Below are positions 1-14,373 of a DNA stretch of 64,000 nucleotides, piece after piece. A program made the translations under genes and the position numbers. The DNA comes from Schmidtea nova (Eukaryota): positions 325,872,001 through 325,936,000 of the forward strand of contig CM097883.1 of NCBI GenBank assembly GCA_044892505.1, read 5' to 3'. Numbering within the stretch: position 1 is the first letter of the stretch; the number at the start of each line of letters is the position of its first letter. Under the pieces are notes generated by a model. It was not told the DNA's origin. It did not search any database and saw nothing but the letters and a program-made list of their open reading frames with translations.

Positions 1-1834
1 CCCTCGTGTACTTTAGGAACCACTTCTTGGCTCGACAGTCACGAAAGATTTATTAGAACCTTTACCGTTTTCAATAATTACTTTAAACAAAAAAACTTTA
101 TAACTTTTGAAAAATATAACTAGTTTGTCAAAAGTCAACGTTTCACAACTTTGATTCATCTCAACATTCTACATCAGAGAATAAAATAATAAAATAGTCA
201 AAAAATAGTGAAACATTAAAAAACTTTTAAAGAATGAGATTATTCGACACCATGAAAGTAAAATATGATTTTTACAATTAATTTAAATTCAAATACCAAA
301 AATATATTACATGTGATAATGAAACTCAATTTCGTTTTTAAAGAATTACCTAAAACAACAATAAATTCTACTTTATCTTTCATCGAAACGTCATAGTTGC
401 CCAAAACAAGTACAGTCTCAGACCCGGGTTATCGTTATTAAATGGTCCTAGAAAAACACAATGAAATGAAAAATAACATTATACAAACCAATTCAATATA
501 TTGGTAACATACCACCTGTTTTGATTATTACTTTATTTTGTTGAAAAAAGATAAAATAATGTGAAAATAATTTTATAAAAACAGTACAGCAAAGCTACGC
601 GAAGTTGGAGTGGTGTATGATTATACTGGTGGACTAGAGTTAGAGCGAAACAAAGTTGTCCAGGACAAAGTCAACCGAGTGTGATTGTATTTCATAAACA
701 TGCTATTGAAATTAAAACCGCTTGTTGTAAAGGAATTATTAAATTAGATGTGAACGAATATAATTCTGCTAGATAAAAGAAATACAGCTGACAAACTTTT
801 AGAGAATTTTGTTTGTTACATAAGCTAAATGGTTGAACGACATTTGATTGGATAAAATTTAAAATCATATATACGCTTTGAGTGATATTTTGTCACATTG
901 TCGGCAGAATAATGAACTAAAGTCATATAAACCATTATCTAAACTTTTGAATTATCAGCTTTAAAAATATTTAATTTAAAGTCATCATTCTTTATTAATT
1001 GTACTAATTTAAAATATCAAACAATAAAAATTAAATTAATTTCCAAAGAAATGTCTTTAATTTCTTACTTTACTATTTTGTCTAATTTATCAGAAATCTT
1101 AACACAAGCTATTTTAATATTTCAAGAATTTGTTTTAATATCTCAATGTTTGTAACATTTACAAATTAATTATAAAATAAAAGATTATAAAGTATTGAAA
1201 ACCTTGTTATTGGCTTTGTTGATGTTTTGGAAACATCTGTATTTCGTATTATGACTTTCGAAAAATACAAATAAAATTCCCTAACTTTTCAATAGAAAGA
1301 ATGATAATTGACATCATAGTTGATTAATAAATGTTTATAAATAATTGCCACTTAAATTTAGAAATTTATTCAATTGCATGAAAAACTAGTTTTGGGATAA
1401 ATGTCTAATGATTTGTAAACTAATTGAATAGTTCTTGACTTATTTATTTACTCACATCGATAGATAATATTTTATTGGTCAAATTTTAAAATAAATTTCA
1501 CTAATCCTTGTTTTTAAAAATGAAAACTTTAATTAATGTAAAATCAAGAACATTGTATTTATTTTAATTTTAGTCTTATTTAGAATGGGTGTAACAAATT
1601 TATGATTATAGAACTTTTCGTAAATTTTGAATTTTCATTTGAACTTTATTTCACTCTACATAAATCTCAATAGACCATGTCGTTGGTTGGCTGAAATAGT
1701 TGCCTTTATATTTACATTGCGATTTGCTTTACATAAGCGATTGTATAAATAAAATATTTTTCAAAGTTTTCTAAACAACATAAATAAAATATTTACTATA
1801 TGTGAGACAAATAAACAAACACTTTTAAAATGTC

Positions 1835-1841
1835 TATAAAA
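1835..1841 (+). promoter_or_regulatory. Candidate TATA box of the CAP gene (repeated in every unit)
   Basis: TATAAAA starts 54 nt upstream of the ATG. The AT-rich background makes this weak evidence. Confidence 0.4.
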
Positions 1842-1888
1842 CCATCTATAATTAAAATTAGAAAAGTAATTACAGTTTAAGAAAGAAA

Positions 1889-2717
1889 ATGAGAAATTCT
1901 GTACTATTTGGTATAATGATAAGTGTCGTTATAGCAGTTATCCAGTGTGACGTGACTCCTGACCAACAACAACAATTGATTGATGTTCACAATAAATACC
2001 GTCGAGATGTTGCTCAGGGTAAAATCAGTGGACAACCAGCTGCTGCAAATATGTTGGAATTGGTACGCGATTTCTATCTTATTTCTAAATTCAATAGTTT
2101 CTGGCATGTTTAAACAATCATTGATGTTTCGTTTCAGAAATGGAACGATGAAGCTGCACAAAGAGCTCAAATCTCGGCTGATCGTTGCGTTTTCGAACAT
2201 GATAAATCGAGAAATCGTAGATTCGGAAGTTATGATTGGGTTGGTCAAAATATTGCATACTGGTCAAGCGATGATGTGACAGAGTGAGAAATCAAGCAAA
2301 TGATAGTTTTATTGTTTTCATTTGAATTTTAGCGGTGTCAAGATGTGGTTCGACGAAGTAAAAGATTACACATTCAATGGAGATAGATGTACCGGATTTA
2401 CATGCTTACATTACACAGCTGTAATTTATAATTCCATTTCCAACTGCAATTTATGGCAATTTTGTTCTAGTTAATCTGGGCTAAAACCAAAGAATTCGGA
2501 TGTGGCATTGCAGACTGTTCACGACAAAACTTAGGAAATATCTTCATCGTATGTAATTACGGACCCGGGTAAAGAATTAGATTTTTCGTTGTCGAATATG
2601 ACTGAAATGTGTTTTGTTTTCAGTGGAAATTGGAACAATGAAGCCCCTTATCAAGTTGGTCAAACCTGTTCTAGATGTCCAAATGGAACCCGATGCAACA
2701 ATGGACTATGCAGTTAA
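1889..2717 (+). CDS. Secreted CAP/SCP/TAPS (venom allergen-like, PR-1/CRISP superfamily) protein, copy 1; 5 exons, 199 aa
   Basis: Exons 1889-2062, 2138-2283, 2333-2420, 2471-2568 and 2624-2717 join through GT-AG introns (75, 49, 50, 55 nt; phases 0,2,0,2) into a 600-nt CDS: MRNSVLFGIMISVVIAVIQCDVTPDQQQQLIDVHNKYRRDVAQGKISGQPAAANMLELKWNDEAAQRAQISADRCVFEHDKSRNRRFGSYDWVGQNIAYWSSDDVTDGVKMWFDEVKDYTFNGDRCTGFTCLHYTALIWAKTKEFGCGIADCSRQNLGNIFIVCNYGPGGNWNNEAPYQVGQTCSRCPNGTRCNNGLCS. It has a hydrophobic signal peptide, CAP motifs HNKYR, GQNIA, HYTALIW and VCNYGPGGN, and a Cys-rich hinge. Confidence 0.96.
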
Positions 2718-2726
2718 AACCGAACC

Positions 2727-2732
2727 AATAAA
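2727..2732 (+). terminator. Candidate polyadenylation signal (repeated in every unit)
   Basis: AATAAA lies 9 nt after the stop codon. Further AATAAA copies occur near 2800-2813, so the one actually used is unknown. Confidence 0.45.
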
Positions 2733-4802
2733 TAATTTTTTGAAAATCTTATTAAATACAATTTAAACAAATTTATTCTTATTGTTTTAATTAAATTAAA
2801 ATAAACCAATAAATTATATAAACATATATTTCTGAAACAGAGACAAACATATAACGTTCTTTAAAAGAATTTCTCTGAAAAACATACAGATTTTGATAAT
2901 TCTCAAATATATCACCCTCGTGTACTTTAGGAACCACTTCTTGGCTCGACAGTCACGAAAGATTTATTAGAACCTTTACCGTTTTCAATAATTACTTTAA
3001 ACAAAAAAACTTTATAACTTTTGAAAAATATAACTAGTTTGTCAAAAGTCAACGTTTCACAACTTTGATTCATCTCAACATTCTACATCAGAGAATAAAA
3101 TAATAAAATAGTCAAAAAATAGTGAAACATTAAAAAACTTTTAAAGAATGAGATTATTCGACACCATGAAAGTAAAATATGATTTTTACAATTAATTTAA
3201 ATTCAAATACCAAAAATATATTACATGTGATAATGAAACTCAATTTCGTTTTTAAAGAATTACCTAAAACAACAATAAATTCTACTTTATCTTTCATCGA
3301 AACGTCATAGTTGCCCAAAACAAGTACAGTCTCAGACCCGGGTTATCGTTATTAAATGGTCCTAGAAAAACACAATGAAATGAAAAATAACATTATACAA
3401 ACCAATTCAATATATTGGTAACATACCACCTGTTTTGATTATTACTTTATTTTGTTGAAAAAAGATAAAATAATGTGAAAATAATTTTATAAAAACAGTA
3501 CAGCAAAGCTACGCGAAGTTGGAGTGGTGTATGATTATACTGGTGGACTAGAGTTAGAGCGAAACAAAGTTGTCCAGGACAAAGTCAACCGAGTGTGATT
3601 GTATTTCATAAACATGCTATTGAAATTAAAACCGCTTGTTGTAAAGGAATTATTAAATTAGATGTGAACGAATATAATTCTGCTAGATAAAAGAAATACA
3701 GCTGACAAACTTTTAGAGAATTTTGTTTGTTACATAAGCTAAATGGTTGAACGACATTTGATTGGATAAAATTTAAAATCATATATACGCTTTGAGTGAT
3801 ATTTTGTCACATTGTCGGCAGAATAATGAACTAAAGTCATATAAACCATTATCTAAACTTTTGAATTATCAGCTTTAAAAATATTTAATTTAAAGTCATC
3901 ATTCTTTATTAATTGTACTAATTTAAAATATCAAACAATAAAAATTAAATTAATTTCCAAAGAAATGTCTTTAATTTCTTACTTTACTATTTTGTCTAAT
4001 TTATCAGAAATCTTAACACAAGCTATTTTAATATTTCAAGAATTTGTTTTAATATCTCAATGTTTGTAACATTTACAAATTAATTATAAAATAAAAGATT
4101 ATAAAGTATTGAAAACCTTGTTATTGGCTTTGTTGATGTTTTGGAAACATCTGTATTTCGTATTATGACTTTCGAAAAATACAAATAAAATTCCCTAACT
4201 TTTCAATAGAAAGAATGATAATTGACATCATAGTTGATTAATAAATGTTTATAAATAATTGCCACTTAAATTTAGAAATTTATTCAATTGCATGAAAAAC
4301 TAGTTTTGGGATAAATGTCTAATGATTTGTAAACTAATTGAATAGTTCTTGACTTATTTATTTACTCACATCGATAGATAATATTTTATTGGTCAAATTT
4401 TAAAATAAATTTCACTAATCCTTGTTTTTAAAAATGAAAACTTTAATTAATGTAAAATCAAGAACATTGTATTTATTTTAATTTTAGTCTTATTTAGAAT
4501 GGGTGTAACAAATTTATGATTATAGAACTTTTCGTAAATTTTGAATTTTCATTTGAACTTTATTTCACTCTACATAAATCTCAATAGACCATGTCGTTGG
4601 TTGGCTGAAATAGTTGCCTTTATATTTACATTGCGATTTGCTTTACATAAGCGATTGTATAAATAAAATATTTTTCAAAGTTTTCTAAACAACATAAATA
4701 AAATATTTACTATATGTGAGACAAATAAACAAACACTTTTAAAATGTCTATAAAACCATCTATAATTAAAATTAGAAAAGTAATTACAGTTTAAGAAAGA
4801 AA

Positions 4803-5631
4803 ATGAGAAATTCTGTACTATTTGGTATAATGATAAGTGTCGTTATAGCAGTTATCCAGTGTGACGTGACTCCTGACCAACAACAACAATTGATTGATGT
4901 TCACAATAAATACCGTCGAGATGTTGCTCAGGGTAAAATCAGTGGACAACCAGCTGCTGCAAATATGTTGGAATTGGTACGCGATTTCTATCTTATTTCT
5001 AAATTCAATAGTTTCTGGCATGTTTAAACAATCATTGATGTTTCGTTTCAGAAATGGAACGATGAAGCTGCACAAAGAGCTCAAATCTCGGCTGATCGTT
5101 GCGTTTTCGAACATGATAAATCGAGAAATCGTAGATTCGGAAGTTATGATTGGGTTGGTCAAAATATTGCATACTGGTCAAGCGATGATGTGACAGAGTG
5201 AGAAATCAAGCAAATGATAGTTTTATTGTTTTCATTTGAATTTTAGCGGTGTCAAGATGTGGTTCGACGAAGTAAAAGATTACACATTCAATGGAGATAG
5301 ATGTACCGGATTTACATGCTTACATTACACAGCTGTAATTTATAATTCCATTTCCAACTGCAATTTATGGCAATTTTGTTCTAGTTAATCTGGGCTAAAA
5401 CCAAAGAATTCGGATGTGGCATTGCAGACTGTTCACGACAAAACTTAGGAAATATCTTCATCGTATGTAATTACGGACCCGGGTAAAGAATTAGATTTTT
5501 CGTTGTCGAATATGACTGAAATGTGTTTTGTTTTCAGTGGAAATTGGAACAATGAAGCCCCTTATCAAGTTGGTCAAACCTGTTCTAGATGTCCAAATGG
5601 AACCCGATGCAACAATGGACTATGCAGTTAA
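4803..5631 (+). CDS. CAP/VAL protein, copy 2
   Basis: Same exons and splice sites as copy 1, offset by 2914. Confidence 0.95.
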
Positions 5632-7716
5632 AACCGAACCAATAAATAATTTTTTGAAAATCTTATTAAATACAATTTAAACAAATTTATTCTTATTGTT
5701 TTAATTAAATTAAAATAAACCAATAAATTATATAAACATATATTTCTGAAACAGAGACAAACATATAACGTTCTTTAAAAGAATTTCTCTGAAAAACATA
5801 CAGATTTTGATAATTCTCAAATATATCACCCTCGTGTACTTTAGGAACCACTTCTTGGCTCGACAGTCACGAAAGATTTATTAGAACCTTTACCGTTTTC
5901 AATAATTACTTTAAACAAAAAAACTTTATAACTTTTGAAAAATATAACTAGTTTGTCAAAAGTCAACGTTTCACAACTTTGATTCATCTCAACATTCTAC
6001 ATCAGAGAATAAAATAATAAAATAGTCAAAAAATAGTGAAACATTAAAAAACTTTTAAAGAATGAGATTATTCGACACCATGAAAGTAAAATATGATTTT
6101 TACAATTAATTTAAATTCAAATACCAAAAATATATTACATGTGATAATGAAACTCAATTTCGTTTTTAAAGAATTACCTAAAACAACAATAAATTCTACT
6201 TTATCTTTCATCGAAACGTCATAGTTGCCCAAAACAAGTACAGTCTCAGACCCGGGTTATCGTTATTAAATGGTCCTAGAAAAACACAATGAAATGAAAA
6301 ATAACATTATACAAACCAATTCAATATATTGGTAACATACCACCTGTTTTGATTATTACTTTATTTTGTTGAAAAAAGATAAAATAATGTGAAAATAATT
6401 TTATAAAAACAGTACAGCAAAGCTACGCGAAGTTGGAGTGGTGTATGATTATACTGGTGGACTAGAGTTAGAGCGAAACAAAGTTGTCCAGGACAAAGTC
6501 AACCGAGTGTGATTGTATTTCATAAACATGCTATTGAAATTAAAACCGCTTGTTGTAAAGGAATTATTAAATTAGATGTGAACGAATATAATTCTGCTAG
6601 ATAAAAGAAATACAGCTGACAAACTTTTAGAGAATTTTGTTTGTTACATAAGCTAAATGGTTGAACGACATTTGATTGGATAAAATTTAAAATCATATAT
6701 ACGCTTTGAGTGATATTTTGTCACATTGTCGGCAGAATAATGAACTAAAGTCATATAAACCATTATCTAAACTTTTGAATTATCAGCTTTAAAAATATTT
6801 AATTTAAAGTCATCATTCTTTATTAATTGTACTAATTTAAAATATCAAACAATAAAAATTAAATTAATTTCCAAAGAAATGTCTTTAATTTCTTACTTTA
6901 CTATTTTGTCTAATTTATCAGAAATCTTAACACAAGCTATTTTAATATTTCAAGAATTTGTTTTAATATCTCAATGTTTGTAACATTTACAAATTAATTA
7001 TAAAATAAAAGATTATAAAGTATTGAAAACCTTGTTATTGGCTTTGTTGATGTTTTGGAAACATCTGTATTTCGTATTATGACTTTCGAAAAATACAAAT
7101 AAAATTCCCTAACTTTTCAATAGAAAGAATGATAATTGACATCATAGTTGATTAATAAATGTTTATAAATAATTGCCACTTAAATTTAGAAATTTATTCA
7201 ATTGCATGAAAAACTAGTTTTGGGATAAATGTCTAATGATTTGTAAACTAATTGAATAGTTCTTGACTTATTTATTTACTCACATCGATAGATAATATTT
7301 TATTGGTCAAATTTTAAAATAAATTTCACTAATCCTTGTTTTTAAAAATGAAAACTTTAATTAATGTAAAATCAAGAACATTGTATTTATTTTAATTTTA
7401 GTCTTATTTAGAATGGGTGTAACAAATTTATGATTATAGAACTTTTCGTAAATTTTGAATTTTCATTTGAACTTTATTTCACTCTACATAAATCTCAATA
7501 GACCATGTCGTTGGTTGGCTGAAATAGTTGCCTTTATATTTACATTGCGATTTGCTTTACATAAGCGATTGTATAAATAAAATATTTTTCAAAGTTTTCT
7601 AAACAACATAAATAAAATATTTACTATATGTGAGACAAATAAACAAACACTTTTAAAATGTCTATAAAACCATCTATAATTAAAATTAGAAAAGTAATTA
7701 GAGTTTAAGAAAGAAA

Positions 7717-8545
7717 ATGAGAAATTCTGTACTATTTGGTATAATGATAAGTGTCGTTATAGCAGTTATCCAGTGTGACGTGACTCCTGACCAACAACAA
7801 CAATTGATTGATGTTCACAATAAATACCGTCGAGATGTTGCTCAGGGTAAAATCAGTGGACAACCAGCTGCTGCAAATATGTTGGAATTGGTACGCGATT
7901 TCTATCTTATTTCTAAATTCAATAGTTTCTGGCATGTTTAAACAATCATTGATGTTTCGTTTCAGAAATGGAACGATGAAGCTGCACAAAGAGCTCAAAT
8001 CTCGGCTGATCGTTGCGTTTTCGAACATGATAAATCGAGAAATCGTAGATTCGGAAGTTATGATTGGGTTGGTCAAAATATTGCATACTGGTCAAGCGAT
8101 GATGTGACAGAGTGAGAAATCAAGCAAATGATAGTTTTATTGTTTTCATTTGAATTTTAGCGGTGTCAAGATGTGGTTCGACGAAGTAAAAGATTACACA
8201 TTCAATGGAGATAGATGTACCGGATTTACATGCTTACATTACACAGCTGTAATTTATAATTCCATTTCCAACTGAAATTTATGGCAATTTTGTTCTAGTT
8301 AATCTGGGCTAAAACCAAAGAATTCGGATGTGGCATTGCAGACTGTTCACGACAAAACTTAGGAAATATCTTCATCGTATGTAATTACGGACCCGGGTAA
8401 AGAATTAGATTTTTCGTTGTCGAATATGACTGAAATGTGTTTTGTTTTCAGTGGAAATTGGAACAATGAAGCCCCTTATCAAGTTGGTCAAACCTGTTCT
8501 AGATGTCCAAATGGAACCCGATGCAACAATGGACTATGCAGTTAA
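7717..8545 (+). CDS. CAP/VAL protein, copy 3
   Basis: Same 5-exon structure as copy 1. Confidence 0.95.
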
Positions 8546-10630
8546 AACCGAACCAATAAATAATTTTTTGAAAATCTTATTAAATACAATTTAAACAAAT
8601 TTATTCTTATTGTTTTAATTAAATTAAAATAAACCAATAAATTATATAAACATATATTTCTGAAACCGAGACAAACATATAACGTTCTTTAAAAGAATTT
8701 CTCTGAAAAACATACAGATTTTGATAATTCTCAAATATATCACCCTCGTGTACTTTAGGAACCACTTCTTGGCTCGACAGTCACGAAAGATTTATTAGAA
8801 CCTTTACCGTTTTCAATAATTACTTTAAACAAAAAAACTTTATAACTTTTGAAAAATATAACTAGTTTGTCAAAAGTCAACGTTTCACAACTTTGATTCA
8901 TCTCAACATTCTACATCAGAGAATAAAATAATAAAATAGTCAAAAAATAGTGAAACATTAAAAAACTTTTAAAGAATGAGATTATTCGACACCATGAAAG
9001 TAAAATATGATTTTTACAATTAATTTAAATTCAAATACCAAAAATATATTACATGTGATAATGAAACTCAATTTCGTTTTTAAAGAATTACCTAAAACAA
9101 CAATAAATTCTACTTTATCTTTCATCGAAACGTCATAGTTGCCCAAAACAAGTACAGTCTCAGACCCGGGTTATCGTTATTAAATGGTCCTAGAAAAACA
9201 CAATGAAATGAAAAATAACATTATACAAACCAATTCAATATATTGGTAACATACCACCTGTTTTGATTATTACTTTATTTTGTTGAAAAAAGATAAAATA
9301 ATGTGAAAATAATTTTATAAAAACAGTACAGCAAAGCTACGCGAAGTTGGAGTGGTGTATGATTATACTGGTGGACTAGAGTTAGAGCGAAACAAAGTTG
9401 TCCAGGACAAAGTCAACCGAGTGTGATTGTATTTCATAAACATGCTATTGAAATTAAAACCGCTTGTTGTAAAGGAATTATTAAATTAGATGTGAACGAA
9501 TATAATTCTGCTAGATAAAAGAAATACAGCTGACAAACTTTTAGAGAATTTTGTTTGTTACATAAGCTAAATGGTTGAACGACATTTGATTGGATAAAAT
9601 TTAAAATCATATATACGCTTTGAGTGATATTTTGTCACATTGTCGGCAGAATAATGAACTAAAGTCATATAAACCATTATCTAAACTTTTGAATTATCAG
9701 CTTTAAAAATATTTAATTTAAAGTCATCATTCTTTATTAATTGTACTAATTTAAAATATCAAACAATAAAAATTAAATTAATTTCCAAAGAAATGTCTTT
9801 AATTTCTTACTTTACTATTTTGTCTAATTTATCAGAAATCTTAACACAAGCTATTTTAATATTTCAAGAATTTGTTTTAATATTTCAATGTTTGTAACAT
9901 TTACAAATTAATTATAAAATAAAAGATTATAAAGTATTGAAAACCTTGTTATTGGCTTTGTTGATGTTTTGGAAACATCTGTATTTCGTATTATGACTTT
10001 CGAAAAATACAAATAAAATTCCCTAACTTTTCAATAGAAAGAATGATAATTGACATCATAGTTGATTAATAAATGTTTATAAATAATTGCCACTTAAATT
10101 TAGAAATTTATTCAATTGCATGAAAAACTAGTTTTGGGATAAATGTCTAATGATTTGTAAACTAATTGAATAGTTCTTGACTTATTTATTTACTCACATC
10201 GATAGATAATATTTTATTGGTCAAATTTTAAAATAAATTTCACTAATCCTTGTTTTTAAAAATGAAAACTTTAATTAATGTAAAATCAAGAACATTGTAT
10301 TTATTTTAATTTTAGTCTTATTTAGAATGGGTGTAACAAATTTATGATTATAGAACTTTTCGTAAATTTTGAATTTTCATTTGAACTTTATTTCACTCTA
10401 CATAAATCTCAATAGACCATGTCGTTGGTTGGCTGAAATAGTTGCTTTTATATTTACATTGCGATTTGCTTTACATAAGCGATTGTATAAATAAAATATT
10501 TTTCAAAGTTTTCTAAACAACATAAATAAAATATTTACTATATGTGAGACAAATAAACAAACACTTTTAAAATGTCTATAAAACCATCTATAATTAAAAT
10601 TAGAAAAGTAATTACAGTTTAAGAAAGAAA

Positions 10631-11459
10631 ATGAGAAATTCTGTACTATTTGGTATAATGATAAGTGTCGTTATAGCAGTTATCCAGTGTGACGTGACTC
10701 CTGACCAACAACAACAATTGATTGATGTTCACAATAAATACCGTCGAGATGTTGCTCAGGGTAAAATCAGTGGACAACCAGCTGCTGCAAATATGTTGGA
10801 ATTGGTACGCGATTTCTATCTTATTTCTAAATTCAATAGTTTCTGGCATGTTTAAACAATCATTGATGTTTCGTTTCAGAAATGGAACGATGAAGCTGCA
10901 CAAAGAGCTCAAATCTCGGCTGATCGTTGCGTTTTCGAACATGATAAATCGAGAAATCGTAGATTCGGAAGTTATGATTGGGTTGGTCAAAATATTGCAT
11001 ACTGGTCAAGCGATGATGTGACAGAGTGAGAAATCAAGCAAATGATAGTTTTATTGTTTTCATTTGAATTTTAGCGGTGTCAAGATGTGGTTCGACGAAG
11101 TAAAAGATTACACATTCAATGGAGATAGATGTACCGGATTTACATGCTTACATTACACAGCTGTAATTTATAATTCCATTTCCAACTGAAATTTATGGCA
11201 ATTTTGTTCTAGTTAATCTGGGCTAAAACCAAAGAATTCGGATGTGGCATTGCAGACTGTTCACGACAAAACTTAGGAAATATCTTCATCGTATGTAATT
11301 ACGGACCCGGGTAAAGAATTAGATTTTTCGTTGTCGAATATGACTGAAATGTGTTTTGTTTTCAGTGGAAATTGGAACAATGAAGCCCCTTATCAAGTTG
11401 GTCAAACCTGTTCTAGATGTTCAAATGGAACCCGATGCAACAATGGACTATGCAGTTAA
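10631..11459 (+). CDS. CAP/VAL protein, copy 4 (P188S)
   Basis: Same structure; CCA>TCA at 11421. Confidence 0.95.
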
Positions 11460-13544
11460 AACCGAACCAATAAATAATTTTTTGAAAATCTTATTAAATA
11501 CAATTTAAACAAATTTATTCTTATTGTTTTAATTAAATTAAAATAAACCAATAAATTATATAAACATATATTTCTGAAACCGAGACAAACATATAACGTT
11601 CTTTAAAAGAATTTCTCTGAAAAACATACAGATTTTGATAATTCTCAAATATATCACCCTCGTGTACTTTAGGAACCACTTCTTGGCTCGACAGTCACGA
11701 AAGATTTATTAGAACCTTTACCGTTTTCAATAATTACTTTAAACAAAAAAACTTTATAACTTTTGAAAAATATAACTAGTTTGTCAAAAGTCAACGTTTC
11801 ACAACTTTGATTCATCTCAACATTCTACATCAGAGAATAAAATAATAAAATAGTCAAAAAATAGTGAAACATTAAAAAACTTTTAAAGAATGAGATTATT
11901 CGACACCATGAAAGTAAAATATGATTTTTACAATTAATTTAAATTCAAATACCAAAAATATATTACATGTGATAATGAAACTCAATTTCGTTTTTAAAGA
12001 ATTACCTAAAACAACAATAAATTCTACTTTATCTTTCATCGAAACGTCATAGTTGCCCAAAACAAGTACAGTCTCAGACCCGGGTTATCGTTATTAAATG
12101 GTCCTAGAAAAACACAATGAAATGAAAAATAACATTATACAAACCAATTCAATATATTGGTAACATACCACCTGTTTTGATTATTACTTTATTTTGTTGA
12201 AAAAAGATAAAATAATGTGAAAATAATTTTATAAAAACAGTACAGCAAAGCTACGCGAAGTTGGAGTGGTGTATGATTATACTGGTGGACTAGAGTTATA
12301 GCGAAACAAAGTTGTCCAGGACAAAGTCAACCGAGTGTGATTGTATTTCATAAACATGGTATTGAAATTAAAACCGCTTGTTGTAAAGGAATTATTAAAT
12401 TAGATGTGAACGAATATAATTCTGCTAGATAAAAGAAATACAGCTGACAAACTTTTAGAGAATTTTGTTTGTTACATAAGCTAAATGGTTGAACGACATT
12501 TGATTGGATAAAATTTAAAATCATCTATACGCTTTGAGTGATATTTTGTCACATTGTCGGCAGAATAATGAACTAAAGTCATATAAACCATTATCTAAAC
12601 TTTTGAATTATCAGCTTTAAAAATATTTAATTTAAAGTCATCATTCTTTATTAATTGTACTAATTTAAAATATCAAACAATAAAAATTAAATTAATTTCC
12701 AAAGAAATGTCTTTAATTTCTTACTTTACTATTTTGTCTAATTTATCAGAAATCTTAACACAAGCTATTTTAATATTTCAAGAATTTGTTTTAATATTTC
12801 AATGTTTGTAACATTTACAAATTAATTATAAAATAAAAGATTATAAAGTATTGAAAACCTTGTTATTGGCTTTGTTGATGTTTTGGAAACATCTGTATTT
12901 CGTATTATGACTTTCGAAAAATACAAATAAAATTCCCTAACTTTTCAATAGAAAGAATGATAATTGACATCATAGTTGATTAATAAATGTTTATAAATAA
13001 TTGCCACTTAAATTTAGAAATTTATTCAATTGCATGAAAAACTAGTTTTGGGATAAATGTCTAATGATTTGTAAACTAATTGAATAGTTCTTGACTTATT
13101 TATTTACTCACATCGATAGATAATATTTTATTGGTCAAATTTTAAAATAAATTTCACTAATCCTTGTTTTTAAAAATGAAAACTTTAATTAATGTAAAAT
13201 CAAGAACATTGTATTTATTTTAATTTTAGTCTTATTTAGAATGGGTGTAACAAATTTATGATTATAGAACTTTTCGTAAATTTTGAATTTTCATTTGAAC
13301 TTTATTTCACTCTACATAAATCTCAATAGACCATGTCGTTGGTTGGCTGAAATAGTTGCTTTTATATTTACATTGCGATTTGCTTTACATAAGCGATTGT
13401 ATAAATAAAATATTTTTCAAAGTTTTCTAAACAACATAAATAAAATATTTACTATATGTGAGACAAATAAACAAACACTTTTAAAATGTCTATAAAACCA
13501 TCTATAATTAAAATTAGAAAAGTAATTACAGTTTAAGAAAGAAA

Positions 13545-14373
13545 ATGAGAAATTCTGTACTATTTGGTATAATGATAAGTGTCGTTATAGCAGTTATCCA
13601 GTGTGACGTGACTCCTGACCAACAACAACAATTGATTGATGTTCACAATAAATACCGTCGAGATGTTGCTCAGGGTAAAATCAGTGGACAACCAGCTGCT
13701 GCAAATATGTTGGAATTGGTACGCGATTTCTATCTTATTTCTAAATTCAATAGTTTCTGGCATGTTTAAACAATCATTGATGTTTCGTTTCAGAAATGGA
13801 ACGATGAAGCTGCACAAAGAGCTCAAATCTCGGCTGATCGTTGCGTTTTCGAACATGATAAATCGAGAAATCGTAGATTCGGAAGTTATGATTGGGTTGG
13901 TCAAAATATTGCATACTGGTCAAGCGATGATGTGACAGAGTGAGAAATCAAGCAAATGATAGTTTTATTGTTTTCATTTGAATTTTAGCGGTGTCAAGAT
14001 GTGGTTCGACGAAGTAAAAGATTACACATTCAATGGAGATAGATGTACCGGATTTACATGCTTACATTACACAGCTGTAATTTATAATTCCATTTCCAAC
14101 TGAAATTTATGGCAATTTTGTTCTAGTTAATCTGGGCTAAAACCAAAGAATTCGGATGTGGCATTGCAGACTGTTCACGACAAAACTTAGGAAATATCTT
14201 CATCGTATGTAATTACGGACCCGGGTAAAGAATTAGATTTTTCGTTGTCGAATATGACTGAAATGTGTTTTGTTTTCAGTGGAAATTGGAACAATGAAGC
14301 CCCTTATCAAGTTGGTCAAACCTGTTCTAGATGTTCAAATGGAACCCGATGCAACAATGGACTATGCAGTTAA
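13545..14373 (+). CDS. CAP/VAL protein, copy 5 (P188S)
   Basis: Same structure; CCA>TCA at 14335. Confidence 0.95.

Noticed and set aside
421-429. GACCCGGGT in the spacer matches the exon 4 donor region
   Set aside because: A 9-bp match without flanking similarity, consistent with chance.
1801-1816. TGTGAGACAAATAAAC upstream of the gene resembles the end of element A's LTR
   Set aside because: Only 7 bp match exactly in AT-rich DNA, with no further LTR similarity.
1889-2113. 74-aa ORF as a standalone small protein (all units)
   Set aside because: It is exon 1 reading into intron 1. Splicing at 2063/2137 continues the CAP domain.
1904-2279. 114-aa minus-strand and 99-aa plus-strand ORFs in each unit
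   Set aside because: Shadow frames over exons 1-2 and intron 1 with no recognisable motifs. They recur only because the DNA is repeated.
2880-2925. Minus-strand CGAGGGTG resembling a mariner-type TIR start, suggesting the unit is a DNA transposon
   Set aside because: No partner inverted repeat, TA duplication or transposase remnant was found.
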